A DNA stretch of 60,887 nucleotides from a virus (lineage: Duplodnaviria; Caudoviricetes), in the IMG/VR virus record IMGVR_UViG_3300042476_000233, positions 1 to 60,887 of that record; one strand, written 5' to 3'. Under the pieces are notes generated by a model. The model searched no databases. It had not been told where the DNA came from and saw only the letters and a program-made list of their open reading frames with translations. The stretch's first letter is position 1, and the number at the start of each line of letters is the position of its first letter. Shown here piece after piece: positions 44,758 to 55,240 of the stretch. The position numbers were made by a program, and so were the translations under genes.

Positions 44758-47700
44758 ACGACAGCTTGATCTTCACCTGCTGAATCCGATCCAACAGCGC
44801 GCGCTTCTCGTCTGGCGTCTTGCTTGATGCCCGGATGGCGCCTTCGACCTTGGTCAACTCGCCCATCTCCTGCCGGTAGTAGCCCGCCAGTTCAGCCCGG
44901 GCGTACTCGTTGGCACGGGCGTCGAGCAGCGCACGGGCCTCAGCCTTGTCGCCCCGGTTGACCAACTCGTTGAACGACGACTGAACCTTGCGGGAGTCGT
45001 CCAGGGCGTCGTAGGTGCTGTTGATGACCCACCGGGCATCGTTGGGCTGGAAGGCGCTGCCAACCACCGGCATGTCGGACAGGCGCTTGGTGGCCTTCTC
45101 CGGCGTGTCCTTTGTGGGGATCGGCAGGCTTGCCGCCTGCAGCAGCGCCATACCCATCGTGCTGAAGTAGCCGCTGATGAGCGCCTCCAGTTTGATGGGG
45201 CTGACGCCCGCCGCACCACCGAAGAGCTTGGCCAGTTCGGTCGTCTTCTCGCGGTACTGATACTCCGGCAGCAGTGCCTGCTCCTTGGCCGACAGCAGCG
45301 GGCGCTCGGTAAACATCGAGTAGTTGGTCATCACCTCGATGGCAGGCTTCATGGCTTGCGGGATGAAGTAAGCAGAGCCGCCAGGGATGGTGTTGCGCAA
45401 AATGCCGAGCAACGCTTCCTTGGCTTCCTCACCCCCGCGCTCGTTGACGATGCTGTTGTAGATCGCCTCGGGCAACGCCTTGAAGATGTAGCCGATTTCA
45501 AACGGGATAGGAATGCGCAGAGGCTCCGACACGCCAGGAAGGCGGATGAACCAGTTGCCGTACTTCTCAGCAGGCAGCGCGTTCTTGTACGCCTCGTCGT
45601 CCTGCATCGCGTGGGCGTAGGCCAGGGTAGCCGCCATCAGCATGGCGCCGCGCGTGATGAGCTTGGCCTTGATCCGAGCACGCTCGCCTGCCGTAATCTG
45701 GCCAAACATTGCCCGGTACAGCACGTTCAGACCTTGCACCTGCGCGTTGAAGAACGGGTACAAGGAGTTCGCCATGTGGGCACTGGGCGACGCACCGCGC
45801 TTGTTGAAGTTCATCGACTCCAACGAGAGCATCGTGGCCTCCATCTCGGACATGCCCTGCTTGATGTAGCTGTTGTACTGAGCGCGGCGAGTCAAAGCGT
45901 CGGCTTCCATACCCGCCCACTCCAGCGCGCCGAGGGTCTTGGTAATGGCTGACCGGCCCCCGACAAGATCACGCATGATCTTGCTGAGGTCTTCCTGCGT
46001 ACCCGTGAACATCTGCCCACCGGTGATGCCGCGCCGCTCAAGCGTGCCCTTGGCAGAACTCTCGATCTCACGGAGCGCACCCAGCACGGGCGGGAAATCG
46101 GCACCAGACGCAATCGAAGCGGCCAGTGAGTCACGCATCAACTGACGCACCATGTACAGCGGGTTCAGTGTCACAGCGCGGCGCAGCAACTGCGTCGGAA
46201 CCGTAAGCGCACGCATGATGCCGGTGGTCTGGAGCGGGATGCCCTCCATGCCCTTGACCAGGATGTCCGCGTTGACGCCCGTGTTGACCTTCTTACCGCC
46301 GACTTCGACAGTATCGGTTTCAAGAACCGCGTAGCGGTCTTCGCCGTTGTGCTTGAACCGCACAACCTCCGGGCCGTCAACAGGCTTGGCTGTGATCTTG
46401 GCCATGCCCAGATCAAGCAACTCGAACATCGCGTTGCGGGTGGCCAGATTGCGCAGCGCCAAGTCCACCATCATATTGGTGTTCTGCACCGAACTGATCA
46501 TGAAGTCGAGGATCGGCTTATCGCCGCCCACCAACTCCTGCAGGTGCGGCATGTCCTTGACATTGCCCAGCTTGATCGGAGTCAGCCCACCGAGCGCCAG
46601 TTCAGCAACGCCGTTGCGCTCGCGGTACCAGGGAATGTAGTCCTTGGATGCGAGCAGTGCGTCTGCGTCTTTCTTGCTCAGCACGCCTGCCTTCTGGGCG
46701 AAGCGCACGAGGTTCTCGTTGTACTGGTTGTAGATGTCCCGAGCGTTGTCGAAAATGTCCTGCAGCCCCTCGACAGACCTAACCTGGGCCACGGTATCCC
46801 GCAGCTTCTGCTCAGTGATCTTGGGGTCGCGCAGATTGAGCTTGTCGAAGCCCACACGCTCAGCGCGCTTTGCGGCCAGATACAGGGTGAACAGACGGCT
46901 CGTAGCATCGACATCGCCGACAAGGCGTGCTGCGCCCTTGAGCGTAACGGCCACTTGCCGCAGGCTTGGGCCGGTCTGGCTCTCAACAATGAACTCGCGC
47001 TCACCGTCCCTACGCTGGACTTCGCGGACGTCCAGTGCGCCGTTGGCCACAGACTGCGCCGTGAAGTTCATGCGCTGGTCGTACATGCGCAGGTAGTACA
47101 TCATCTGCGTGCCCTTGAGCTTATCCATGTACTTGGACAGGCGCTCGAACCCGGCAAAACGATCTACCAGACCCGTCTCCATCGCCAGACCGCTGGACTT
47201 GGCGCGGATGGGTTGCCACCAAGATTGGTTGCCCGCAACGATGCTGCGCCCAAACGCATCCGCCTCGGCCAGGGCCGGGTTCAGATTGCGCGGCTGATTG
47301 AGTACCTTCGGGGCCAACAGCGCGTTGTCAGCCTGGGTCGGACGCGGCACCTTCGTCATCAGGTTATCGACCGCAGCCAACGTGGCTTCGAGCATGTTCT
47401 CCGGCGTCTTGATGCCAAGCATCCGCAAGAGCGCGCTCTTGAACGAGTCCCACATGTGGCGCAGCGTCCACTTCTGCTGCCGCATCTCTGCCTGCATCAC
47501 GTCGTCGGACAGCGCCTCAGACGCAAACTCACTCAAAGATGTTTTGGCGTTCTCGTTTGTCGCACCCTTTAACTTCTTATACGCCTCAAAAAGTTCTTCC
47601 AGTTCCCGCTTGGCACGGCGCTGATCATCCGTAAGCTGATCCTCGGGCATTTGAATGACGCGCTCGGTAGCGGCGTGCACACCTTCGTGGACAGCCGTGC

Positions 47701-50700
47701 GCTCGTTCAAACCGTACTTGGCATCCAGGCGGATAAAGGAACCGTCAGCCGCAGCCTGACCGTATGCTGCCTGCCCGTCCGGGTCACGCAGATCATTGAC
47801 AATCTCAACGCGGGTGTTGCCCAGGAGCAGCTTCAGGCGGTCTGCCACTGCGCGGGTGAGGTCGTTAGTGGTGGACTCAGCGATGTTGCTCATGACAACC
47901 GCTGCGCTCTTCTCACTATCAACTTCTTCTTTCAACGCAGGCCCTTGCGACGCAGTCGCAGCCAGTTGCTGCAGCGTTTCGGGCTTATCAAACAGTGCGT
48001 CGAGGTCTTCGGTTCCGGTTTTCAAAATGCCGGTGTCCGCAACTTCTTCAGCGTCAAACTCAGCGCGCTCCTGCTCAAGCGCCTTCTCTGCCAGTTCTTC
48101 ACTAGTGAGTTCTTCTTCGCCCTCTTCTTCGCGGCGCTGACGCTCGACTTCGCTTTCTTTGGTGGGCTTGCGGCTGCGACGGTAATCCGTCAGCAGCATC
48201 TGCTCCAGTTCAGTCAGCGGCTCCTTGCGCTCCTGCTTGTCGCGGGCCTGTTCAACAATGGTCAGTTCGGCAAGACGCGCCTTCTCTTCAGCAGTCGGCG
48301 TCTCCTTCAGCAGCGCCTGCTTTTCTCTCTTGATCCGAGCGGCCTCTGCCGTGATGGCTGTCTCTTGCCCAACACCCTTGCTGCTGTAGCGCGTGCCCTT
48401 GGGCTTGCGCTCCTTCTCAATCTCCGACTTAGTTGTGGCGGTGATATCCAGCTTGGGTGCGCCTTCACGTGCCGCAGCCTCGGCAAGTTCTTTCTGATTC
48501 AGGACGTCCTGAATCTCCTTAAGTTCGGCTTCGGTCTTGCGCTTGCGCGGCTTGGGCGGCTCAGCGACTTCTACTTCGCCACGATCAATCAGCCCCTTCA
48601 GCCACGCCTCACGACGCAACATCTCAGACAGTGCTGCTTGGTAACCAACCAGACCCTTGGGCATTACCCGGGCGTTGAGCGCGTTGGTGACCGCGTCGTT
48701 GTATGCCTTCTCAAGCGCATTAACAATAGGCATCAAGTTGGCGCGGGCCTGTGATGTCTTAGCTGCACTGTATGCACGCAACGCAGCTTCGTAGGGCGCT
48801 CGCTCCTTCACCCCTTCAACGGTCTGCGCACGAGCCTTGTCGTAGGCTTCCTTCAAAGCCTTGGTGATCGTGGTGATGTAGGCGCGATAGCCCTTGAGCA
48901 CTTGCTGAGGATTGCCCCGCACCTGCCGCATCTCGTCGGCCAGGATGGTAGGCGTGTCGTCTTCCCGTGCCGCGCGCTGTGCGTCGGTAATGGGGTCGTA
49001 CGCCATTGATCGCAGGGGCTGACCAAACCGATCAACGCCTTCGGGCGCTTTCTGCTGACGCTCAAGCGCAGCTTGCTGCGCAAGGTAACCTTCGGTGCGC
49101 TTGAGATCGGCTTTGGCTCTGTCGGCGGCGTTTGCTGCGCGGCGCGCCGCCGCCTCTTGCGCGGCTGTACGCCCCTCGATGGCGCCAATCTCTTTGGTCA
49201 GCTTGGATGCCGCCGCTTGGGCAGAACGCAGTTCTTTCTTGGCTGCGGCAAGCGCAGCGCGATCCACCGCTTCCTGGCTCTCGTATTGGTAGGCTTTGAG
49301 TTCGGCGTTAGTCAAACGCGCTATTGCGTCAACACGCGCCAGTGCCGCACCAATTGCGTCGAACTGTTGGGTCAGCGCGTTGATGTGTTTGCCGACAGCG
49401 GTCTTGCCCTCTTCCGCAACAAGCTGCTCCTTGAGCAGCGACTTGTCTTTGTCAGAAATGTTGAACTTGTCGATGAAGTCCGACGCTTGGTTGCGCGGAA
49501 TCTTGAGTTCAACAAGCGCGGCACCCAGTTCACCCTGGCGCGCCACTGCGGTCAGCACGCTGCCAAAGTTTTCCTGCACGTTAGCCAGTTCTCTGCGCAG
49601 CGAATCGGGGTCAAGCCCGGCGCTGCCAAACTGTTTCTCGGCTGCACGCAGTTTTGCCTGCTGCTCCTCGGCAACTTTCAAGTACTCGCGGATTGCAGCG
49701 ATGCGGTCGGTAATACCCGTCGTTCCTGAAACTGTAGCCGTCTCAGGAATCTCAAGGGACTCAAGCGCACTCAATTCTTTCTTGAGCGCCCGAATCTGCG
49801 TGGCAGGCAGCATCTCTGCCCGCACGGCTTCAATATCGGCAATGACCGCGTTGAGCTTGGCGATCTTCTCGTTCAGTTCGTCAAGCTGCTTGCGCGCCCG
49901 CTCCAGCTTCTTAGCGTCGGGTTCAAACTGTTTGCGCAGACGATCAGCCTCTGCGCTGTCGAGGAATCGCTGGAACCGACCAGGGGTAGCGCGCTCGGTA
50001 ACGAGCTTTGCCTGCTCTTCGGGGAACAGGCTCGTCTGCCCCATTTCGCCTTCGCGTACACGTTCAGCCTGCTCCACAAACGGCTCAAGCTCAGCCTGAA
50101 GAGACAGCGGCAGCGCCTTGGTGCTGGGGCCGCGAAGAGTGCCGGGAACAAGTTGATCGCCCTCAACGCGAGTGGGCGTAAAGTCACGTGCGGGGCGCTT
50201 TGTTACTGCCGCCTTGGCTTGCGCCATTTTGCGCAAGTTCTCGGGCACTCGGCCTTCTTCAAAGTCAGCAAAAGACTCAGCACGCGCCTGCTCGGGCTTC
50301 ATGCCTGCGTTGACCTTCTGCTGATACAGCGCCTGCTTGATGATGTCTTCTGCCGTGGCACTTTCAGTAGCGGCCACGTCCGCGCGGCCCTCAGCGGGAA
50401 ATGCCTGCAGCGTAGTCTTGCGACCCGCGCCTGGACGTGCCATGCCCTCTTCGCCGCTTTCGATGCGACGAAGCTGCTCATCAAGGAGGCTATACAAACT
50501 ACGGGCAGGTGCAGCGCCTGTACCTTCAGGCGATATCTTCTTCGGGCGGTCTACCTTCGCAACCTGCTCAGTATCCACGAGCATTTTGAGAATCTGCTCG
50601 TCGGTTTGTTTTCCTTGCTTGCCAAAACTTGCCAGGGGGATGTTTTTGCCTTGCCGCAAACGCACATCAGCCACATCAGGCTTAATGTTTCTCTGCTCAT

Positions 50701-53173
50701 CAACAGGGCGAAAGACTTCTACCGTAACTTCGCTGCCGTCTTCCAAGCGCGCAGGGTAGGAAATTTTTGCTTCTTTCCCACTTTTGGTAATTACATATCC
50801 TGGCGTAGTGGCACCAGTCGTGTATGTAACGCCCGGTTTGAACGCGCCGGGAACCTGCTCTAGTTCTGCAACCTCACGGTCTTTCTCAGGGAGCGAACGC
50901 TCCATCCGGCTCAGGAACTCGTATGCCTCGTCAGACAGGCGGTTACTGGCCATCGCCCGGGTAAGGCGCTCTTGCAGTTCCTCGCGGGTGACTTCACGCG
51001 CAGCAGGCTCAGCCTCGCCAAACAAACGGAACTCACCCTTGGCGCGGCGGGCTTCGCCCGTGGGCTTGAGGACGTTGCGCGGGACAAGTCCCTGCTCCCC
51101 GAGATCGGTGGTGATGTCGAACAGCCTGCGGTTGACCTCTTTGCCAAGCGCGTTCTGTGCACGCTCAAGTTGAGTAGCGCGGCGCTCAAGGCGAACCTTC
51201 TCGTCGCCTTCGGCAGTCTTGGCCTTCTCCTGCACATCGCGCAGGAGTGCCGTCGCGCGGTCGTAGCGCATGGTGGCCGGAGCCATTGAAAGCTGTTGCG
51301 TCAGACTGGCCATCACGCGGTTCTGCTGCGCAGGCTCCGTCGCTGCCATCATCCTATCGATGAGGTTTTCAGCTTCCTTGGGCAGCGCAAACTCAGGGCG
51401 GGGGACAACATCGCCCATGCTGCGCTGGAAGCCCGCAACGTCTTGCTGCGGGGCAGTACTGGCTTCAAACGCTTTGCGTGCCTGCTCTTGTTGTGCAGTG
51501 CGCGCCGCCGCTTTCTCTTGTCGTTCTGCCTCGTCAGCCTTCTTCTGCTCTTCAAGTGCGTCGAGTTGCAGCTTCAACCCACCAAGAATTGCGTTGCTCT
51601 CACGCTTCTTAAGACCGGGGATTGGCTCGTTCGCTTCTACAAGCGCCTTTGCCATAGCCGGGTCTTGCATCAGGTAGGCCACATAGAACGCAGGGCGCTC
51701 ATTGGCTTCTCTTGAGTCTACGTACGCCTGTTCGTTTGCAAGATTGATGCGCGACTGTGCGTACGTCAATGCCGGTGAGGGGGGTAGCCCGAAGTCTTCT
51801 TCGCCCGTAAACACCCGCTGTTGTGCGAGGGGGGACGTAAGGTCAACACCGGCCTGCTCCATCTGGTATTCCAGAGGGCTGAGCGCAGCAATACGCTTTT
51901 GTTCGTCGGTCAGTTCAGGCGGCTTCGGCGGTGCCGGGGGCACAAGCGACTTAACTCGGTTGTACTCGGGCGCCTGTTCCTTCAGTTGCGTCGCCAGTTC
52001 GTTGCGGCGCTTCTTCTGGGCCTCATAGGTCTGCTTCTCAGCAAACGAAGCGCCGGGAGGCAGCTTCTGCTTGAGCAGTTCGCCAAGGTCGTTGTACTCT
52101 TTCTGCAGCGCGTCGTGCTGCTGCATGAAGTTGAGCGCGTACTCAGGCGTCTGTTTCTCCGCCGCAGCCTTTTCTTCGGCCAGACGCTCCTGCTCGCGCT
52201 GCTCTTTCAGCGCCTTGCCACGCTCAAGTTCTTCCCTGACCTCGACCCGCTCGCGGGCTGCACCACGCTCGGCCACACGACCGGCAGCACCGATAGGTGC
52301 AAGCAGACTGGTCTGGTACGCCGTCTCACCATACTCCTTGAGCGCGTCCTCACTGAGCAGCGGCAGGCCTGCCTGCACACGCTCCAGCATCTGTTGCGTG
52401 ACTTCAGTGGGGATCTCCGCCATCGCGCCAACCGCCGTGCCCTTGGCCAACGTCTTGAGCAGCGTCTCCTTGGCGAGCTTCTCAGCGCCTTCTTCGGCGC
52501 CTTTCTCCAGCATCTTGGCAACACCAGGGCCAAGCGCCTTACCGGCCAGGGTGCGGCCTAGCGGAACAAAAGTAGCAGCGACGTCCAGGGCGGCTTGCGG
52601 AGCGGCTGCACCATAGGCAGCAGCACGACTGATGGGTTGGCCCTCAGCGGCTTGGCGCTGAATGTTGCCTCCAGCCTGTTGGAAGAACGATGGCGCAACA
52701 GCACCGGCAAGACCGCCGACAACACCGCCCACGGGGCCAAAAGCAGCACCGGCCATAGCGCCAAGGCGCGCGCCTGCAAGCGTGGTAGCAATATTGGGAG
52801 CCTGCTCAGCCAAGGCGTAGGGCACTTGGCTAATGACCTCTCCGGCAGCGGGCAGCAGCCCGCGCTCTTGGTAGGCTTTCTTGACCCGGTCAAGGCTGAC
52901 TTGCTCAGCGTAACGGCGCTGAATGTCTTCTTCCCGAAGACGCGCTTCTCTTGCCGCCTCCTCGGGGGCGACGACGCCTTTGACACCTGCGCGCAGGGCG
53001 CTCAGTGCAGATTCTGCACCCTTGCCGACAGCGGCAAGAACACCTTCTGAGGGCTTAGGCTGCTGCGCGATCTGCTGCTTGACTACAGCAATGATCTGTT
53101 CTTCGGAAGCGCCTGCTGGCCCCTCCACATCGTAAATTCTCCCGTCCGGGCCTTGTACGCTGTAAATGGGCAT
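44711..53173 (-). CDS. giant polyvalent internal virion/ejection protein (metallopeptidase motif, LPD38-like C-terminus)
   Basis: 2820 aa; long coiled coils; AVHEGVHA; C-terminal PFFNAQVQG...RIPIPFEIGYIFKALPE. Confidence 0.8.
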   Translation of the reverse strand: MPIYSVQGPDGRIYDVEGPAGASEEQIIAVVKQQIAQQPKPSEGVLAAVGKGAESALSALRAGVKGVVAPEEAAREARLREEDIQRRYAEQVSLDRVKKAYQERGLLPAAGEVISQVPYALAEQAPNIATTLAGARLGAMAGAAFGPVGGVVGGLAGAVAPSFFQQAGGNIQRQAAEGQPISRAAAYGAAAPQAALDVAATFVPLGRTLAGKALGPGVAKMLEKGAEEGAEKLAKETLLKTLAKGTAVGAMAEIPTEVTQQMLERVQAGLPLLSEDALKEYGETAYQTSLLAPIGAAGRVAERGAARERVEVREELERGKALKEQREQERLAEEKAAAEKQTPEYALNFMQQHDALQKEYNDLGELLKQKLPPGASFAEKQTYEAQKKRRNELATQLKEQAPEYNRVKSLVPPAPPKPPELTDEQKRIAALSPLEYQMEQAGVDLTSPLAQQRVFTGEEDFGLPPSPALTYAQSRINLANEQAYVDSREANERPAFYVAYLMQDPAMAKALVEANEPIPGLKKRESNAILGGLKLQLDALEEQKKADEAERQEKAAARTAQQEQARKAFEASTAPQQDVAGFQRSMGDVVPRPEFALPKEAENLIDRMMAATEPAQQNRVMASLTQQLSMAPATMRYDRATALLRDVQEKAKTAEGDEKVRLERRATQLERAQNALGKEVNRRLFDITTDLGEQGLVPRNVLKPTGEARRAKGEFRLFGEAEPAAREVTREELQERLTRAMASNRLSDEAYEFLSRMERSLPEKDREVAELEQVPGAFKPGVTYTTGATTPGYVITKSGKEAKISYPARLEDGSEVTVEVFRPVDEQRNIKPDVADVRLRQGKNIPLASFGKQGKQTDEQILKMLVDTEQVAKVDRPKKISPEGTGAAPARSLYSLLDEQLRRIESGEEGMARPGAGRKTTLQAFPAEGRADVAATESATAEDIIKQALYQQKVNAGMKPEQARAESFADFEEGRVPENLRKMAQAKAAVTKRPARDFTPTRVEGDQLVPGTLRGPSTKALPLSLQAELEPFVEQAERVREGEMGQTSLFPEEQAKLVTERATPGRFQRFLDSAEADRLRKQFEPDAKKLERARKQLDELNEKIAKLNAVIADIEAVRAEMLPATQIRALKKELSALESLEIPETATVSGTTGITDRIAAIREYLKVAEEQQAKLRAAEKQFGSAGLDPDSLRRELANVQENFGSVLTAVARQGELGAALVELKIPRNQASDFIDKFNISDKDKSLLKEQLVAEEGKTAVGKHINALTQQFDAIGAALARVDAIARLTNAELKAYQYESQEAVDRAALAAAKKELRSAQAAASKLTKEIGAIEGRTAAQEAAARRAANAADRAKADLKRTEGYLAQQAALERQQKAPEGVDRFGQPLRSMAYDPITDAQRAAREDDTPTILADEMRQVRGNPQQVLKGYRAYITTITKALKEAYDKARAQTVEGVKERAPYEAALRAYSAAKTSQARANLMPIVNALEKAYNDAVTNALNARVMPKGLVGYQAALSEMLRREAWLKGLIDRGEVEVAEPPKPRKRKTEAELKEIQDVLNQKELAEAAAREGAPKLDITATTKSEIEKERKPKGTRYSSKGVGQETAITAEAARIKREKQALLKETPTAEEKARLAELTIVEQARDKQERKEPLTELEQMLLTDYRRSRKPTKESEVERQRREEEGEEELTSEELAEKALEQERAEFDAEEVADTGILKTGTEDLDALFDKPETLQQLAATASQGPALKEEVDSEKSAAVVMSNIAESTTNDLTRAVADRLKLLLGNTRVEIVNDLRDPDGQAAYGQAAADGSFIRLDAKYGLNERTAVHEGVHAATERVIQMPEDQLTDDQRRAKRELEELFEAYKKLKGATNENAKTSLSEFASEALSDDVMQAEMRQQKWTLRHMWDSFKSALLRMLGIKTPENMLEATLAAVDNLMTKVPRPTQADNALLAPKVLNQPRNLNPALAEADAFGRSIVAGNQSWWQPIRAKSSGLAMETGLVDRFAGFERLSKYMDKLKGTQMMYYLRMYDQRMNFTAQSVANGALDVREVQRRDGEREFIVESQTGPSLRQVAVTLKGAARLVGDVDATSRLFTLYLAAKRAERVGFDKLNLRDPKITEQKLRDTVAQVRSVEGLQDIFDNARDIYNQYNENLVRFAQKAGVLSKKDADALLASKDYIPWYRERNGVAELALGGLTPIKLGNVKDMPHLQELVGGDKPILDFMISSVQNTNMMVDLALRNLATRNAMFELLDLGMAKITAKPVDGPEVVRFKHNGEDRYAVLETDTVEVGGKKVNTGVNADILVKGMEGIPLQTTGIMRALTVPTQLLRRAVTLNPLYMVRQLMRDSLAASIASGADFPPVLGALREIESSAKGTLERRGITGGQMFTGTQEDLSKIMRDLVGGRSAITKTLGALEWAGMEADALTRRAQYNSYIKQGMSEMEATMLSLESMNFNKRGASPSAHMANSLYPFFNAQVQGLNVLYRAMFGQITAGERARIKAKLITRGAMLMAATLAYAHAMQDDEAYKNALPAEKYGNWFIRLPGVSEPLRIPIPFEIGYIFKALPEAIYNSIVNERGGEEAKEALLGILRNTIPGGSAYFIPQAMKPAIEVMTNYSMFTERPLLSAKEQALLPEYQYREKTTELAKLFGGAAGVSPIKLEALISGYFSTMGMALLQAASLPIPTKDTPEKATKRLSDMPVVGSAFQPNDARWVINSTYDALDDSRKVQSSFNELVNRGDKAEARALLDARANEYARAELAGYYRQEMGELTKVEGAIRASSKTPDEKRALLDRIQQVKIKLSSMVRDASDAAKLREM

Positions 53174-53191
53174 TGCTGCGCTTCCTAATTT

Positions 53192-55240
53192 TTAGGGGTT
53201 ACGTACCCCCAGAACTCTGAAACCGGTTGTATCAACGGACGCCCCGGCTGGCTGAGATGATACTCCAGCAGGGGCTTCCAGGCCAAGCGCCGCAAAGGTC
53301 TGCCGCAGGATTTCGTCGTACTTAGCCTTGCGCTGTTCCTCGGTCATCTCCAGCTTCTGCAGGGCTGACAGACCCTTCTCCCAGTTGGCAAACGCCACGT
53401 TGGCTTGCTGCAGTGCAGCAGTCTTGCCCCGGGTACCTTCCTCGTACATCGCAGCCTTGCCTTCGGCTTCACGCGTGAGGGCTGCACGGTACTTCTCTTC
53501 AGACAGCGCCTTGGCTTCCTCACGCTCGACCTTCTCGCGCTCCTTGCGTGCGGCCAGGGCACCAAGACCAGCACGTCCTGCAGAACCCAAGAACCCGGCA
53601 AACCCTTCTCCGCTTCGGCCCGGATCAGCCATCATGCGCAGACCAAGTTCAACCAAGTCGTCGTTCGTAAGCCCCTTGCGGTCTTTCTTGGGAAGCTCTT
53701 CCTTGGCGGTAGCAATTGCTTCTTTCTTGACGTCCTTGGGCAACGCGGCAGGGTACTCTTCCCCAAGCCATGCGCCTTGACCTTGAACGCGGTCATATGC
53801 GGGCATCGCACTTCCCGCCGGTTTCTTCTCATCAGCGCCCGCAACCGCAGCAGCGGTAAGGTTCTTGGCGGTTTGCGCCGCAGCAACCCTCGGCGACGCC
53901 ACAGTAGCTGCCCGGGCAGCTTCCCGCGCACGTTCTGCCTGCTGAAGAAGTTGAATGCGCTCAGCCGCTGACGGGGCCTTGGCTGCTTGCTCGGCAAGAC
54001 GCTCTGCCATGACTGCCTGCGAAACCGTTTGCGCTTCACCAGACATAGCGCCTGCCATGCGCGCAGCCTCTGCGGCGTCCTCTGCGGCTTTGGTGTTTCT
54101 ACCGGCGGCAGCGGCAACCTGCATAGCCTGAATCTCTTCCGGCGTAAGCGTGCGTGCAGCAGACGGCGATCCAAAGAATCGACGCGTGCCTTCGTAAAGC
54201 CGTTGAAGCCCCGACGCGCTTTGTACACCTTTGCCCGGAGCGGTCACCGCCGCCATAGGCGTGGGCGCCATCAGAATGTTGCCGATGTTGCGCTTGGTTT
54301 CCTCGGACATGCCGAGGCCGGAGCCAACCCGGCTGAAGAAGCCTTCGGGCACGGCAGGAGGTGCCTGAACCGCTTGGCCAGGGATTTGTGCACCGGAAAC
54401 CGCTTGTGCAGGAGCCGCCTGCGCAGCCTGGGCTGAACTGACGGGAACCAAATTGGTCAGCGTAGCGGCCAGCTTTTTGCCGTAATCCGGGTCAGTGGCG
54501 TACGTGCCGATCCTGCCCGAAGAAAGTCCCTCAGTAAACGCGCCAACATCTCGGCCTGAACCGACAGCCTTGGGGAAGTTGCGCTTAACCAAGTCCGTGT
54601 AGTCACGAGCAAAATCTTCAGGCGACTTGTAGCTCTTGTAGGCGGCTTCGCTGCCCTCCAGTTTGTCAAAGGCTTTCTTGCCCTTACCGGTCACGTCCTT
54701 GATGTTGCCCAGGTTGTACTGTCCAACCGTCTTGGTGCCCCAGCCAGACTCAAGGCCCCACTGGGACAGGATGATGTCGGCGTCAACGCCAAGCTCAGCG
54801 CCTACCTTCTCTGCCACGTCGCGGTACTGCTCGACAAAGCGAGACTTAACGTCCCCGCCGCGTTGATAACGCGCCACACCACCATCGGCCATGCGCACGA
54901 CGGGCTCGCTGCGATTGGCAAAGTCCATGTCGCCACCATCGGCGTAGCCCGCGATTCCGCCATCAGCCATGCCCTGCATGTTGGGTGCCTGGAGTTGCGC
55001 AATACCAACTTCTTCGGGCGTGTAGCCCAGGGAGGCTACGGCCTGATCCGCTACCTTGGGCTGGGGCTGCGCCATCTGCGCTTGCGAGGCCGCACGCATC
55101 TTTTTGCGCGCCATGCCCTCAGACACAACCAACGGCAGGATGTACGGGTCTTGCTTGTACATCATCGCCACACGCTGCAGGGCTTGATCCGGCAGCATGC
55201 GCAGTTGGGTGGTGAGTTGGTTGATGTTGATCATGTTCAA
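53192..55240 (-). CDS. internal virion protein with GH73 (FlgJ-like) peptidoglycan hydrolase domain
   Basis: SQWGLESGWG, YNLGNIK, YATDPDY. Confidence 0.85.
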   Translation of the reverse strand: MNMININQLTTQLRMLPDQALQRVAMMYKQDPYILPLVVSEGMARKKMRAASQAQMAQPQPKVADQAVASLGYTPEEVGIAQLQAPNMQGMADGGIAGYADGGDMDFANRSEPVVRMADGGVARYQRGGDVKSRFVEQYRDVAEKVGAELGVDADIILSQWGLESGWGTKTVGQYNLGNIKDVTGKGKKAFDKLEGSEAAYKSYKSPEDFARDYTDLVKRNFPKAVGSGRDVGAFTEGLSSGRIGTYATDPDYGKKLAATLTNLVPVSSAQAAQAAPAQAVSGAQIPGQAVQAPPAVPEGFFSRVGSGLGMSEETKRNIGNILMAPTPMAAVTAPGKGVQSASGLQRLYEGTRRFFGSPSAARTLTPEEIQAMQVAAAAGRNTKAAEDAAEAARMAGAMSGEAQTVSQAVMAERLAEQAAKAPSAAERIQLLQQAERAREAARAATVASPRVAAAQTAKNLTAAAVAGADEKKPAGSAMPAYDRVQGQGAWLGEEYPAALPKDVKKEAIATAKEELPKKDRKGLTNDDLVELGLRMMADPGRSGEGFAGFLGSAGRAGLGALAARKEREKVEREEAKALSEEKYRAALTREAEGKAAMYEEGTRGKTAALQQANVAFANWEKGLSALQKLEMTEEQRKAKYDEILRQTFAALGLEAPAGVSSQPAGASVDTTGFRVLGVRNP

